Source of the DNA: an uncultured Solirubrobacterales bacterium
GTDB taxonomy: Bacteria > Actinomycetota > Thermoleophilia > Solirubrobacterales > 70-9
Direction: 5' to 3'
Length of the DNA: 64,000 nt
NCBI GenBank assembly: GCA_963817275.1
Contig: CAWFOA010000008.1
Span: 101,454 to 165,453 of the forward strand
Both the position numbers and the translations under genes were made by a program. Below the pieces are notes generated by a model. It was not told the DNA's origin, did no database searches, and saw nothing but the letters and a program-made list of their open reading frames with translations. Shown here piece by piece: positions 29,460-38,957 of the stretch. Position 1 is the stretch's first letter; the number at the start of each line of letters is the position of its first letter.

Positions 29460-30467
29460 CTAGAACAGGCTCGCCATGCCCTCCGGAACCGGCAGCCCGA
29501 GGTGCTCGTAGGCCCTCTCGGTGAGGACGCGGCCGCGCGGCGTGCGCTTCACCAGGCCCTGCTGGAGCAGATACGGCTCGAAGACGTCCTCGATCGTGTC
29601 GGCCTCCTCCCCGATCGCCACCGCGAGCGTCGAGAGGCCCACCGGGCCGCCGCCGAACTTGGTGGCCATCATCTCCAGGAGCTGGCGGTCGTGCCGGTCG
29701 AGGCCGGCCCGGTCGACCTCCAGCAGCTCGAGGGCGTCCGAGGCCAGATCGACGTCGATGCGGCCGCGCTCCTTGACCTCGGCGAAGTCCCGCACCCGTC
29801 GCAGCAGCCGGTTCGCGACCCTGGGCGTGCCGCGGGCGCGGCCGGCGATCTCCTCCGCGCCCTCCGGGCTGACGTCGATGCCGAGGATCCCGGCCGACCG
29901 CATCACGATCTGGCGCAGGTCGGCCGCGTCGTAGTGCTCGAGGCGGTGGCAGACCCCGAATCGGTCGCGCAGCGGAGTCGTCAGCAGGCCCGTCCTCGTG
30001 GTGGCGCCGATCAGCGTGAACGGCGGCAGGTCGAGGGTGACGGTGCGAGCGCCGGCGCCCTGCCCGAGCACCACCGGCAGGCGCCGATCCTCCATCGCCG
30101 GGTAGAGCGTCTCCTCGACCGCCCTCCCGAGCCGATGGATCTCGTCGATGAAGAAGACGCTGCCGGGCTCGAGCGAGGTCAGGAACGCGGCGATGTCGGC
30201 CTTGCGCTCCAGCGCGGGGCCGGCCGTCTGCACCATCGGCACGTCCAGCTCCGCCGCGATGATGTAGGCGAGCGACGTCTTGCCGAGGCCGGGCGGGCCG
30301 GCCAGCAGGACGTGGTCGAGCGCCTCCTCCCTCCGGCGCGCGGCCTCGATGAAGATCCCGAGCTGCTCGGTCACCTGCACCTGGTTGACGAAGTCCTCGA
30401 GCTTCGGCGGGCGCAGCGAGCGGTCGAAGTCGTCGTCCGCGCCGACGGCCCGGGCGTCGTGGATCAC
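29460..30467 (-). CDS. ruvB: Holliday junction branch-migration ATPase RuvB
   Basis: 335 aa. It has the Walker A motif GPPGLGKTS and the Walker B motif FIDEIHRL. Confidence 0.95.
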   Translation of the reverse strand: MIHDARAVGADDDFDRSLRPPKLEDFVNQVQVTEQLGIFIEAARRREEALDHVLLAGPPGLGKTSLAYIIAAELDVPMVQTAGPALERKADIAAFLTSLEPGSVFFIDEIHRLGRAVEETLYPAMEDRRLPVVLGQGAGARTVTLDLPPFTLIGATTRTGLLTTPLRDRFGVCHRLEHYDAADLRQIVMRSAGILGIDVSPEGAEEIAGRARGTPRVANRLLRRVRDFAEVKERGRIDVDLASDALELLEVDRAGLDRHDRQLLEMMATKFGGGPVGLSTLAVAIGEEADTIEDVFEPYLLQQGLVKRTPRGRVLTERAYEHLGLPVPEGMASLF

Positions 30468-30471
30468 GACC

Positions 30472-31134
30472 TCAGCGTCGTCGTCCTCGGTCGATCCCCG
30501 GGGTGCGGATCCCCTTGCCGGGCTCGATCGCCATCACGCGGCCTTCGCCCCCGCGGCGCTCGCGAAGCGCCGACTGGACGATCTCCTCGGGGCTCTCGCC
30601 CTTCGCCTCGGAGAGCAGCTTCTCGGCCTCGGGCGGCGTGTAGCCGAGGTTGAGCAGGCCCTCGCGCGCCAGAGCCCGCGGGTCCTCGTCGCCGGGGGCC
30701 AGCGTCGCCCCGTCGGCGTCGGCCTCGATCTCGCCGGCAACCTTCTCGCGGAGCTCGACGATGATTCGCTCGGCGGTCCGCTTGCCGACCCCCGGGACGG
30801 CCTGAAAGCGCTTGGCGTCTCCCGCCGCGATCGCGCGGAGCAGCTCCCGCACCGAGCCGCCGGAGAGCACTGCCATCGCGACCTTGGGCCCGACGCCGCC
30901 GACCGAGATCAGGTGCAGGAAGAGGTCGCGCTCCTCCTCGCTGGCGAAGCCGTAGAGGCTGAGCGAGTCCTCCCGCGCCACCAGATGGGCGTGAAGCGAG
31001 GCCGCCTTGCCGCGGGCCGGGACCGCCTTGAGCGTCTCGGACGAGACGGCGAGGCGATAGCCGACGCCGCTGGCGTCGATCACGACGTAGTCGGGACGGC
31101 GAACGAGTACCTCTCCGCTGACGGAGGCGATCAT
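30472..31134 (-). CDS. ruvA: Holliday junction DNA helicase subunit RuvA
   Basis: 220 aa. It has [26 protein letters not shown] and the HhH motifs ([24 protein letters not shown]). Confidence 0.9.
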   Translation of the reverse strand: MIASVSGEVLVRRPDYVVIDASGVGYRLAVSSETLKAVPARGKAASLHAHLVAREDSLSLYGFASEEERDLFLHLISVGGVGPKVAMAVLSGGSVRELLRAIAAGDAKRFQAVPGVGKRTAERIIVELREKVAGEIEADADGATLAPGDEDPRALAREGLLNLGYTPPEAEKLLSEAKGESPEEIVQSALRERRGGEGRVMAIEPGKGIRTPGIDRGRRR

Positions 31135-31167
31135 GCCTAGGGATTCTGGGCGTGCCCCCGGATGCCT

Positions 31168-31719
31168 TTAACCGGCCAAGCGCTGGCGCGTCGCGAGCGA
31201 AGGCGTTGTGCCCACCCGGGGCTGCCCGAACTGGGAAACGGCCCTGCGGGCTCCGGCGGTTCCGGCGTGGCAGATCGCCACGGCGAAGGCGTCGGCCGCA
31301 TGGTCGGGGACCGGTGGCTCAGGCAGCCCGAGCAGGGTGGCGACCATTCGCTGGACCTGGCCCTTGTCGGCCGAGCCCAACCCGCAGACGGCCTTCTTCA
31401 CCGCCTGGGGCGTGTAGTCGAAGCAGGGGACCTCCTGCTTGGCCGCCGCCAACAGCGCGACGCCGCGCGCCTCACCGACGCTCATGGCCGAGGCGACGTT
31501 CTTGCCGAAGAAGAGGTCCTCGAGCGCCATCGCCCTGGGCTCATGCCAGCGGATCAGCTCTCCGAGCGAGTCGTGCAGGCGGGCGAGCCTCTGCTCGGAT
31601 TGGAGATCGGACGGGGTCTCGATCACTCCCCCGTCCAGCGCAACCATCCGCTCCCCGGACGTGCGGACCACGCCGAATCCGGTGTTGGCGGTACCCGGAT
31701 CGATACCGATGACGATCAC
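31168..31719 (-). CDS. ruvC: Crossover junction endodeoxyribonuclease RuvC
   Basis: 183 aa. It starts MIVIGIDPGTANTGFGVV and has the C-terminal DHAADAFAVAICH motif. Confidence 0.9.
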   Translation of the reverse strand: MIVIGIDPGTANTGFGVVRTSGERMVALDGGVIETPSDLQSEQRLARLHDSLGELIRWHEPRAMALEDLFFGKNVASAMSVGEARGVALLAAAKQEVPCFDYTPQAVKKAVCGLGSADKGQVQRMVATLLGLPEPPVPDHAADAFAVAICHAGTAGARRAVSQFGQPRVGTTPSLATRQRLAG

Positions 31720-31827
31720 GCACTTCCATTCTCACTCGGCCCCCGGATGTCCTTCCACGACCCGGAAACACGATCCCGCTGATTCCGGAAAGAAGGGGGT
31801 GCCCGGACAGGCGGTAGGATCGCCCCG

Positions 31828-32793
31828 ATGCGAGGGAGGGAGAAGGCTCACCATCGCCGGCGGATGCTCCGCACTGCCGCGATGGCCCTCGCCGCACTGC
31901 TCGCCCTCGGCGTCGCCTCTCCGGCCGTCGCCAAGAAAAAGAAGTCGAAGCCCGCGGTGACGGCCACGGCGTCCACGCCGATTTCAGCCGGCAGCCAGGC
32001 GTCCGCCACCGCGAGCTGCCCCAGCAAGACTCACACCACCGGTGGGGGCTGGTCGCTCTCCGACCCCTACTCGGCGAACGGCACTGACTCCCCGGCCAAC
32101 GACACCGGCACGCGGATCACGCACCTGCAGTCACAGCCCAGCGGCTTGAGGAGCTGGGCGTCGGGCGCGGCTGCCCTCGCCCTCCCCGCCACATCGGGCA
32201 CCTTCACGTCGATAGCGCGCTGCGAGAGCAAGGCGTTTGGCAAGACCGTGACCGGAGTGTCCGGAACGTCCACCACGCCGGTCGGCCAAGAGAGCACCGT
32301 TGGCCTCCATTGCTCCTCCGGGACCCACGTCCTCAGCGGTGGCTTCTCCTACTCGCCGGCTGGGAACCTCGGCCTGCTCACCGGCTTCCGTCCGCTGGTG
32401 GTCGAGTCGCGCCGACGCGACGCACAAACCTGGGAGATCGACCTGGTCAACCCGGTCGGCGCCCCCGGGGACGCCACCCTCTCGGTGTCGGTCCTCTGCG
32501 AGCTGAACCAGAAGGGTGCGAGCGTGACTGAGCGTTCAGCGGTCGCGCCGATAACCGAAAACGGGCGGACGAGCGCTACCGCAACATGCACCGGGAAGAC
32601 GCACACGATCGGGGGAGGATTCCTCGTCTCCCCCAAGGTCGGCCCCGCGATCGGTATCGATCAGATGCAACCCGTAGGCGCCAAGGGCTGGCAGGTCGGC
32701 CTGTACGAGTACCCCGGGTTCAGCCTGCCGGCGGGAAGCGCCCTGGGCGCCTACAGCTACTGCAAGAAGAACGCGGTCCCGAAGAAGAAGTAG
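31828..32793 (+). CDS. Secreted protein made of three tandem domains of about 95 aa, each with a Cys pair; family unknown
   Basis: It has the signal peptide MLRTAAMALAALLALGVASPAVA, so the start may be at 31864. The three repeats carry ATASCPSKTHTTGGGWS, VGLHCSSGTHVLSGGFS and ATATCTGKTHTIGGGFL. Each repeat closes with a second Cys (ARCESK, VLCELN, SYCKKN). Confidence 0.65.
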   Translation: MRGREKAHHRRRMLRTAAMALAALLALGVASPAVAKKKKSKPAVTATASTPISAGSQASATASCPSKTHTTGGGWSLSDPYSANGTDSPANDTGTRITHLQSQPSGLRSWASGAAALALPATSGTFTSIARCESKAFGKTVTGVSGTSTTPVGQESTVGLHCSSGTHVLSGGFSYSPAGNLGLLTGFRPLVVESRRRDAQTWEIDLVNPVGAPGDATLSVSVLCELNQKGASVTERSAVAPITENGRTSATATCTGKTHTIGGGFLVSPKVGPAIGIDQMQPVGAKGWQVGLYEYPGFSLPAGSALGAYSYCKKNAVPKKK

Positions 32794-32794
32794 C

Positions 32795-33541
32795 TCAGGC
32801 GACTTTCTCGAGGATCTCCTCGGGCACGTCGAAGTTCGCGTGCACCGAGTCCACGTCGTCGTGCTCCTCCAGCGAGTCCATCAGGCGGAGCAGCGCGGTT
32901 GCGTCCCCCTCCCCCACCTCGACGGTGCTCTTCGGCTCCATCGAGAGTTCGGCGGACTGAACCTCGACGCCCGCCGACTCCAGGGCCGAGCGGACCGCAG
33001 TCAGATCCGAGGCGCTCGTGGTGACCTTCAGCAGATCGCCATCCTCCGAGACGTCCTCGGCGCCGGCGTCGATCGCGGGCATCAGGTCCTCCTCCCCGTA
33101 GCGCTCGCCGTCCAGCAGGATCACGCCGCGCTTCTCGAATTGCCAGGCCACTGACCCCGGCTCGCCGAGGCTGCCGCCGTGCCGCTCGAAGGCGTGCCGC
33201 ACCTCGGAGCCGGTCCGGTTGCGGTTGTCCGTCAGCGCCTCGACCAGGATCGCGGCGCCGCCCGGCCCGTAGCCCTCGTAGGTGACGCTCTCGATCGCCG
33301 CGGCGTCCGCCCCTTCCCCGGTTCCACGGTCGATCGCCCGCTGGATGTTGTCCTTGGGCATCGACGCGTCGCGGGCCTTCTGCACGGCGAGGCCGAGCGC
33401 GGGGTTTGCCTCCAGGTTGCCGCCGCCGTCCCGAGCGGCGACCGTGATCGCTCGCGCCAGCTTGGTGAAGAGCTTGCCGCGCTTGGCGTCGGCGGCGCCC
33501 TTCTTGTGCTTGATCGATGACCACTTGGAGTGACCCGACAT
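32795..33541 (-). CDS. yebC: YebC/PmpR-family transcriptional regulator
   Basis: It reads MSGHSKWSSIKHKKGAADAKRGKLFTKLARAI... The ATG at 33541 is preferred over the upstream track start. Confidence 0.9.
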   Translation of the reverse strand: MSGHSKWSSIKHKKGAADAKRGKLFTKLARAITVAARDGGGNLEANPALGLAVQKARDASMPKDNIQRAIDRGTGEGADAAAIESVTYEGYGPGGAAILVEALTDNRNRTGSEVRHAFERHGGSLGEPGSVAWQFEKRGVILLDGERYGEEDLMPAIDAGAEDVSEDGDLLKVTTSASDLTAVRSALESAGVEVQSAELSMEPKSTVEVGEGDATALLRLMDSLEEHDDVDSVHANFDVPEEILEKVA

Positions 33542-33621
33542 GTCATCGATTCTAAGAGCGCCCGGGAAGCGAGCGGGGCGCCACACTGGCGCCCCGCCTC
33601 ACCTCCCTGGCCGGCGCAGCG

Positions 33622-34266
33622 CTACTTCGGGTTGGTCTCGCGCACAGTCAACCTGAAGCAATCGAGCGTGCCCGTGCCGTGCATGTTGTTGTCGTCCATG
33701 ACCAGCAGCGACCAGGCGGCGTTCGTGGCCTTCTTGCCTCCGAGCCCGTTCAGCCACTTGAGGCTCTCCTGCGGCGCGTAGAACCCGACGAACGGCGCCT
33801 GCAGCCCCGGGGTGGCGATCGACGTCGGCGTCTCGCTGTCGAACGTCGTCAGGCCGCCCCCGCAACCGGGGAACCCGTTGCCGTAGTTGTTCCCCTGGCC
33901 CCCGACGTCGTGCGCCATGTTGAAGACGCCCCGCGGTGTGGCGAGGTAGATCTCCAGGTCGCTCGCGAATGGATGCGTGATCCGAACGCCCACGTCGACG
34001 TCCTTGATCTTGCCGCGCGGATTGAGGTTCTTGACCACGACCGGATCGCGGACCAGCTGCTGCGCCGCTCCGCCGCCATCCGGAATGTTGATCGGCACCC
34101 CGCCGGATGGCGCGCCGACCCCCACCGCGTACGTCTTGGTGATCACCTTCTTCCTGGCCTCCGCGGCCGGGGCCGCGAGGACGAGACCCAGGGTCATGAC
34201 CGCCGCGACCATCGCGGCCGTCCGCCCCAGCTTGCGTCCGTACATTCGTCTGTCCCTCCTACTCAT
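33622..34266 (-). CDS. Secreted protein containing only a proprotein-convertase P-domain
   Basis: 214 aa with a signal/TM N-terminus. The core KIKDVDVGVRITHPFASDLEIYLATPRG...AWSLLVMDDNNMHGTGTLDCFRL matches the P-domain pattern as I recall it. No protease domain is encoded. Confidence 0.65.
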   Translation of the reverse strand: MSRRDRRMYGRKLGRTAAMVAAVMTLGLVLAAPAAEARKKVITKTYAVGVGAPSGGVPINIPDGGGAAQQLVRDPVVVKNLNPRGKIKDVDVGVRITHPFASDLEIYLATPRGVFNMAHDVGGQGNNYGNGFPGCGGGLTTFDSETPTSIATPGLQAPFVGFYAPQESLKWLNGLGGKKATNAAWSLLVMDDNNMHGTGTLDCFRLTVRETNPK

Positions 34267-34318
34267 GGAGGGCTCGTTCTCCCCGTCGAGCGCCTACCCG
34301 TTTCCACCCCTAGAAACC

Positions 34319-34343
34319 CGCCGCAATTGCAAGGGTTGCGGCG
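34319..34343 (-). terminator. Hairpin immediately downstream of the aminopeptidase gene
   Basis: The minus strand reads CGCCGCAA-cccuugcaa-UUGCGGCG followed by GGUUUCU. It is an 8-bp stem with a weak U tract. Confidence 0.4.
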
Positions 34344-35447
34344 CTATACCACGAAGCTTCCGTCGCGCTGGAGCGGCTCGCCGTCGACCTCGATCTGGCC
34401 GCCCTTGCGCAGGTCGCAGATCATGTCCCAGTGGATCGCCGACTCGTTGACGCCGCCGGTCTCGGGATATGAGCGGCCCACCGCCAGGTGGACCGTCCCG
34501 CCGATCTTCTCGTCGAGCAGGATCTCGCCCGTGCCGTCGGTGATGCCGTAGTTCGTCCCGATCCCGAGCTCGCCGAGCCGCCGGGCGCCATCGTCGGTAT
34601 CGAGCATCTCGATCAGGAACTCCTCGCCCTTCTCGGCGCTCGCGTCGACGACCTTGCCGGCCTCGAAGCGGAATCGCACCCCCGCGACCTCACGTCCGGC
34701 GTAGCTCGCCGGCAGATGGAAGGAGATCTCCCCCTCGGCGGAATCCTCGACGGGGCCGGTGAAGAACTCGCCGTCGGGCATGTTGTGCTGGCCGTCCGCG
34801 GCGATGAAGGTCCTGTCCTCGATGCCGAGTCGAAGGTCCGTGCCATCGCCGGTGACGTGCACCTCGGAGCGGCCCTGGATCCAATCGGCGAGGCGCCTGG
34901 TCTCCTCCGACGTCCGCGCCCAGGCGCCGACCGGGTCGTCGTCGGTGGCCAGGCAGGCGCCGTAGTAGAAGTCCTCGTAGGCGGTCAGGCCCATCCCCGC
35001 TTCAGATGCATAGGCATGGGTCGGGAAAAGCGTCAGCGCCCAGCGGTAGGTCCCCTCGGCGCTCCGCTCCATCGCCCTCTTCATCAGCGACTGGGTCGCC
35101 GCCTGCCGCATCGCCTGCCGCTCGGGCGGGACCTGGGAGAGCGCACGGGTGTTCTGGCTCGCCATCACCGCGATGCGAACGTCGGCGTTCTCGACCGCCC
35201 ACTCGGCGACGGGAGAGATCCACCGGAGCTGATCGTCGGACGCGTGCTCGAAGTAGGACGTCGACTGGCCCTCCATCCCCATGTGCACGATCGGGTTGCC
35301 GCCCGCCCGCAGGACCTCCTCGTAGACCGCCTGGAGCAGCGGCTCGGCGGCCGACTCTCCCTCGATCGTGCAGACGTCGCCGTCGCTCACCTTGGTGGAG
35401 TGGCGAACGAGGATCTGCGCGAGCGCCGTGACTCGAGGGTCCCTCAT
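34344..35447 (-). CDS. M29-family (AmpS/PepS-like) aminopeptidase
   Basis: 367 aa. It reads MRDPRVTALAQILVRHSTKV...EGEISFHLPASYAGREV...GIGTNYGITD...IHWDMI, which fits thermophilic metalloprotease M29. Confidence 0.8.
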   Translation of the reverse strand: MRDPRVTALAQILVRHSTKVSDGDVCTIEGESAAEPLLQAVYEEVLRAGGNPIVHMGMEGQSTSYFEHASDDQLRWISPVAEWAVENADVRIAVMASQNTRALSQVPPERQAMRQAATQSLMKRAMERSAEGTYRWALTLFPTHAYASEAGMGLTAYEDFYYGACLATDDDPVGAWARTSEETRRLADWIQGRSEVHVTGDGTDLRLGIEDRTFIAADGQHNMPDGEFFTGPVEDSAEGEISFHLPASYAGREVAGVRFRFEAGKVVDASAEKGEEFLIEMLDTDDGARRLGELGIGTNYGITDGTGEILLDEKIGGTVHLAVGRSYPETGGVNESAIHWDMICDLRKGGQIEVDGEPLQRDGSFVV

Positions 35448-35459
35448 GGCTCCGGAAAC

Positions 35460-36053
35460 CTAGCGAGGAGTGCGCTCCGCGGACCTCGCCGCGGTGCACA
35501 TCGCCATGAAAGCGGCGTGCAGCCGGCTGTCATCCGTGAGCTCCGCGTGGAACGCAACGGCCAGGACGTTGCCGTCGCGCACGGCGACCGGGTGTTCATC
35601 CAGCTCGGCCAGGACCTCCACGCCCGGGCCGTGTGTCTCGACCCAGGGCGCCCGGATGAAGACGGCGCGCAGCGGCTCCTCGCCGAGACCGTCGACGCGC
35701 AGATCCTGCTCGAAGCTGTGCAGCTGCCGGCCGAACGCGTTCCGGCGGCAGACGTAATCCGCGACGGCCAGGTGGTCGCGGTCGCAGACGATCATCCCCG
35801 CGCAGCTGCCGAGGATCGGTCCGCCCGAATCGTGGAACGCGACGATCGCCCGGTCGAGGCCCTCGCGTTCCATGCCCATGGAGATCGTGGTCGACTCGCC
35901 GCCCGGGATCACCAGGCCGTCGAGGCCGTCGAGCTCGTCCGGCGTGCGGACCTCGGTCGCCTCAGCCTCTAGGGATTCCAGCATCCGGCGATGGGCCTCG
36001 AAGTCGCCCTGGAGAGCGAGTACGCCGATCCGGAGAGGTCGCCCGCCAGTCAC
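35460..36053 (-). CDS. pdxT: Pyridoxal 5'-phosphate synthase glutaminase subunit PdxT
   Basis: Its GTG start overlaps the pdxS stop (GTGA). It has [17 protein letters not shown] and the catalytic-Cys motif SCAGMI. Confidence 0.9.
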   Translation of the reverse strand: MTGGRPLRIGVLALQGDFEAHRRMLESLEAEATEVRTPDELDGLDGLVIPGGESTTISMGMEREGLDRAIVAFHDSGGPILGSCAGMIVCDRDHLAVADYVCRRNAFGRQLHSFEQDLRVDGLGEEPLRAVFIRAPWVETHGPGVEVLAELDEHPVAVRDGNVLAVAFHAELTDDSRLHAAFMAMCTAARSAERTPR

Positions 36054-36937
36054 GCACCGCGGCCCTGCAGCAGGCCGCCATCGGCCGCCAGGGCCTCGAT
36101 CTCGAGTCCCGGCATCGCGTCGCCGAGCTCCATGGAGGCCTGGGCCACCCGCTCTGGGTCTTCGAAGTGCGTCGTCGCCTCGACGATCGCGCGGGCGCGG
36201 CGCGCGGGGTCCTCGCTCTTGAAGATCCCCGAGCCGACGAAGTTGCCCTCGGCTCCCAGCTGCATCATCAGCGCGGCGTCGGCCGGGGTGGCGATGCCGC
36301 CCGCGCAGAAGAGCGGCACGGGAAGCCAGCCGCGCTCCGCGACGTCCTGGACGACGTCCAGCGGGGCCTGGTGCTCCTTGGCGGCGCCCGCGAGCTGCTC
36401 GCTCCGCAGCGAGGAGAGGCGCTTGATCCCGTCGGTGATCTCGCGCATGTGGCGAACCGCCTCGACGATGTTGCCGGTGCCCGCCTCGCCCTTGGAGCGG
36501 ATCATCGCAGCGCCCTCGCCGATGCGCCTGAGCGCCTCGCCGAGGTTGGTGGCGCCGCAGACGAAGGGGACCTCGAAGGCGAACTTGTCGATGTGGTTGG
36601 ACTCGTCCGCGGGCGTCAGCACCTCGGACTCGTCGACGTAGTCGACCTCGAGGGACTGGAGCACCTGAGCCTCGGCGAAGTGGCCGATCCTGGCCTTGGC
36701 CATGACGGGGATGGTCACGGCCTCCTGGATCTCCTTGATGACCGCGGGGTTGGACATGCGCGCCACCCCGCCCTGGGAGCGAATGTCGGCGGGCACCCGC
36801 TCCAGCGCCATCACTGCGCACGCCCCCGCGTCCTCGGCGATCTTGGCCTGATCCGCGTTGGTGACGTCCATGATCACGCCGCCCTTGAGCATCTCGGCGA
36901 GGCCCGTCTTGACCCGGAATGTGGCTCGCTCGGCCAT
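36050..36937 (-). CDS. pdxS: Pyridoxal 5'-phosphate synthase lyase subunit PdxS
   Basis: It reads [53 protein letters not shown]... across the full length. The ATG at 36937 is preferred. Confidence 0.95.
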   Translation of the reverse strand: MAERATFRVKTGLAEMLKGGVIMDVTNADQAKIAEDAGACAVMALERVPADIRSQGGVARMSNPAVIKEIQEAVTIPVMAKARIGHFAEAQVLQSLEVDYVDESEVLTPADESNHIDKFAFEVPFVCGATNLGEALRRIGEGAAMIRSKGEAGTGNIVEAVRHMREITDGIKRLSSLRSEQLAGAAKEHQAPLDVVQDVAERGWLPVPLFCAGGIATPADAALMMQLGAEGNFVGSGIFKSEDPARRARAIVEATTHFEDPERVAQASMELGDAMPGLEIEALAADGGLLQGRGA

Positions 36938-37122
36938 TGGCCCCCATAGTAGAAGGGCGACGTGTTTGCCTGGTTGGAGGCCGGGCAACCTTGTATGTAC
37001 CTCGCCCCTGAAGGGGGCACCCCGGACGAGGTGGCGTTAGTACCTAAAGGGCCCATTTTCCCCCGGGCCCTGGTATCGGCTGCAGGTCCGGATCGCCCCC
37101 CGGGCCTGCGGCTTTTCGTTCG

Positions 37123-37413
37123 CTAGCCGAAGACGCTGCGCGCGATCAGGATGGCCGCGATGATGATGAGGATCACGAGCTCCCGCCAGGCGAGGCTCGC
37201 CTCGAAGTGACGGTCCCTGGCGAGCTCCTCGCGGAACTCGTCCGACCAGATGTCTCCGGCGGCGCGCACGCGGAGGCGCTTGCTTCTCCCCTCGAGCTCG
37301 ACGGTCAGCGGCCCCGTGCCGGAGCCGTTCTGATGGGTGCCGCGATCCGCCGGCGCGGTGCCCAGTGCGAGCGGCGCAGCCGGCGGCTTTCTGACGTGAA
37401 GCGCGCCGGCCAT
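37123..37413 (-). CDS. Small protein with a single C-terminal TM helix downstream of the GT2 synthase, in an IcaD/PgaD-like position
   Basis: About 96 aa if it starts at the ATG at 37413. It ends in WRELVILIIIAAILIARSVFG. There is no convincing ribosome-binding site, and the longer track ORF overlaps the GT2 gene. Confidence 0.35.
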   Translation of the reverse strand: MAGALHVRKPPAAPLALGTAPADRGTHQNGSGTGPLTVELEGRSKRLRVRAAGDIWSDEFREELARDRHFEASLAWRELVILIIIAAILIARSVFG

Positions 37414-37466
37414 GCGGTATCCGACACCACCCGGGAGGCGCAGCAGAGCGGAGCGGACCCGCCCCC

Positions 37467-38957
37467 TCACGTCGCCAGCTCCTTCACCGCTCCGACCTTC
37501 TCGGTCTTCTCCCAGACCTGCTCGCGCCCGCGCAGCTCGGCGATGTAACCCGCCACCGTGAAGGCGCAGAGAAGCGGCCCGTAGCCGACGATGTAAAGGA
37601 GCGGGGCGACCAGCCAGGGGACGCGGCCCCACTCATCCAGCTTCTTCAGCAGCCAGGCGGCGAGGATGGACAGTGTGAGCCAGCAATCCGCGAAGAGGAG
37701 CAGGTACTTGACCGCGGGCTGACCGCCGGCCAGCCCGATGTCGATCAGCTGCTGGGCGAAGACCTTGGTGAGGATCGGCCCGAAGAGGCCGAAGATGATC
37801 AGCGTGAAGTTGATCGCGCCCGGGAACAAGAAGCCCTCCCGCCAGCACCGCTTGCCCGTCTCGGGATCCATAGCGAGGGAGGAAAGCGTCACGAACAGGA
37901 ATGTCCCGCCGGTGAGCGCCCAGAGCGCCGTGAACGCCGAGATCGAGAGCTCCCGGTCGGTGAAGAAGAGCGCCAGCAGGCCCGTGGTGGCCATCAACAT
38001 GAAGACCGGCATGAAGACGACCGAGGACCAGATCGCTGCGAAGCTCGGGCCGCCCAGAGGACCGGCGCGAAGCCGGCGTAGCCAGACCCCGCGATACAGG
38101 CGGCTGACCTGGACGTTGCCGCGAGCCCAGCGCACTCGCTGCTTCCACAGGGCCGCGATGCTGTTGGGCTCCTCGGCGAGCACGATCGAGTTGCCCTCGA
38201 AGCGGACGTCGAATCCCGCGAGCTGGAGACGGAAGGTCGTGACCGTGTCCTCCGCGAGCGTCCCGGTCTGAATCTTCCCGCCGATCTTCTCCAGGGCGTC
38301 TCGGCGAATCAGCTGCGCGCCCCCGGCCAAACAGGCCTGCGCGGCGAGCATGTTCTGCGCGCGTCGAGCAGCCGCCTGTGCGGTGATGTACTCGAAGGCG
38401 ACGAAGCGGTTGACGTAGTTCGGGTCGGCCGTCCCCTCCTTGATGTAGGCGGTGACGCCGCCGATCTGGAGGTCGCCGAGGTGCCGGCTCATCCGGCGGA
38501 GCGCCGTCGGGGTGAGCAGCACGTCGGCGTCGATGATCAGGATCGCCTCGTACCAGTCGTCCTCGCGGATCGCGTCCAGCCCGTAGTTGATCGCGTCGGC
38601 CTTGCCGCCCCCGCCCTGTTCGCGGCGCAGGTGAATGACGCGGCCCGCGTACTTGGCGGAGCTCTCCGCGAGCACCTCCGGTGTGTTGTCGGTGCTGCCG
38701 TCGTCGACGACGTACACCCGCACCTGCTCCTCCGGGTAGCGCATCTTCATCACGTAGTCGATGGTCCGCCCGAGCACGGCGCCCTCGTTCCAGCCGGGGA
38801 TGACCACGGCGACCCTCGGATAGAGCTCCGAGACCCGGATGTACGGACGGCGCCAGATGTGGAGCCCGGCGAGGAAGAACTGGTAGCAGCCGACCACCAG
38901 CACGGTGGCCCCGCTCAGGACCATCGCGACGAGGACGATGTGGAGGACGTTGGTCAC
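37467..38957 (-). CDS. Processive family-2 glycosyltransferase (membrane polysaccharide synthase of the PgaC/IcaA/NodC/cellulose-synthase type)
   Basis: 496 aa with an N-terminal TM helix. It has the motifs VVDDGSTD, IIDADV, TLAEDT and the QxxRW motif QRVRWARG, followed by several C-terminal TM helices. Confidence 0.85.
   Translation of the reverse strand: MTNVLHIVLVAMVLSGATVLVVGCYQFFLAGLHIWRRPYIRVSELYPRVAVVIPGWNEGAVLGRTIDYVMKMRYPEEQVRVYVVDDGSTDNTPEVLAESSAKYAGRVIHLRREQGGGGKADAINYGLDAIREDDWYEAILIIDADVLLTPTALRRMSRHLGDLQIGGVTAYIKEGTADPNYVNRFVAFEYITAQAAARRAQNMLAAQACLAGGAQLIRRDALEKIGGKIQTGTLAEDTVTTFRLQLAGFDVRFEGNSIVLAEEPNSIAALWKQRVRWARGNVQVSRLYRGVWLRRLRAGPLGGPSFAAIWSSVVFMPVFMLMATTGLLALFFTDRELSISAFTALWALTGGTFLFVTLSSLAMDPETGKRCWREGFLFPGAINFTLIIFGLFGPILTKVFAQQLIDIGLAGGQPAVKYLLLFADCWLTLSILAAWLLKKLDEWGRVPWLVAPLLYIVGYGPLLCAFTVAGYIAELRGREQVWEKTEKVGAVKELAT

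Noticed and set aside
37123-37632. The full 169 aa track ORF overlapping the 3' end of the GT2 gene
   Set aside because: The first 73 residues are Arg/Ala/Gly-rich and overlap the GT2 coding frame. Only the distal 96 aa or so (from the ATG at 37413), which end in a TM helix, look like real coding sequence, and even that call is low-confidence.
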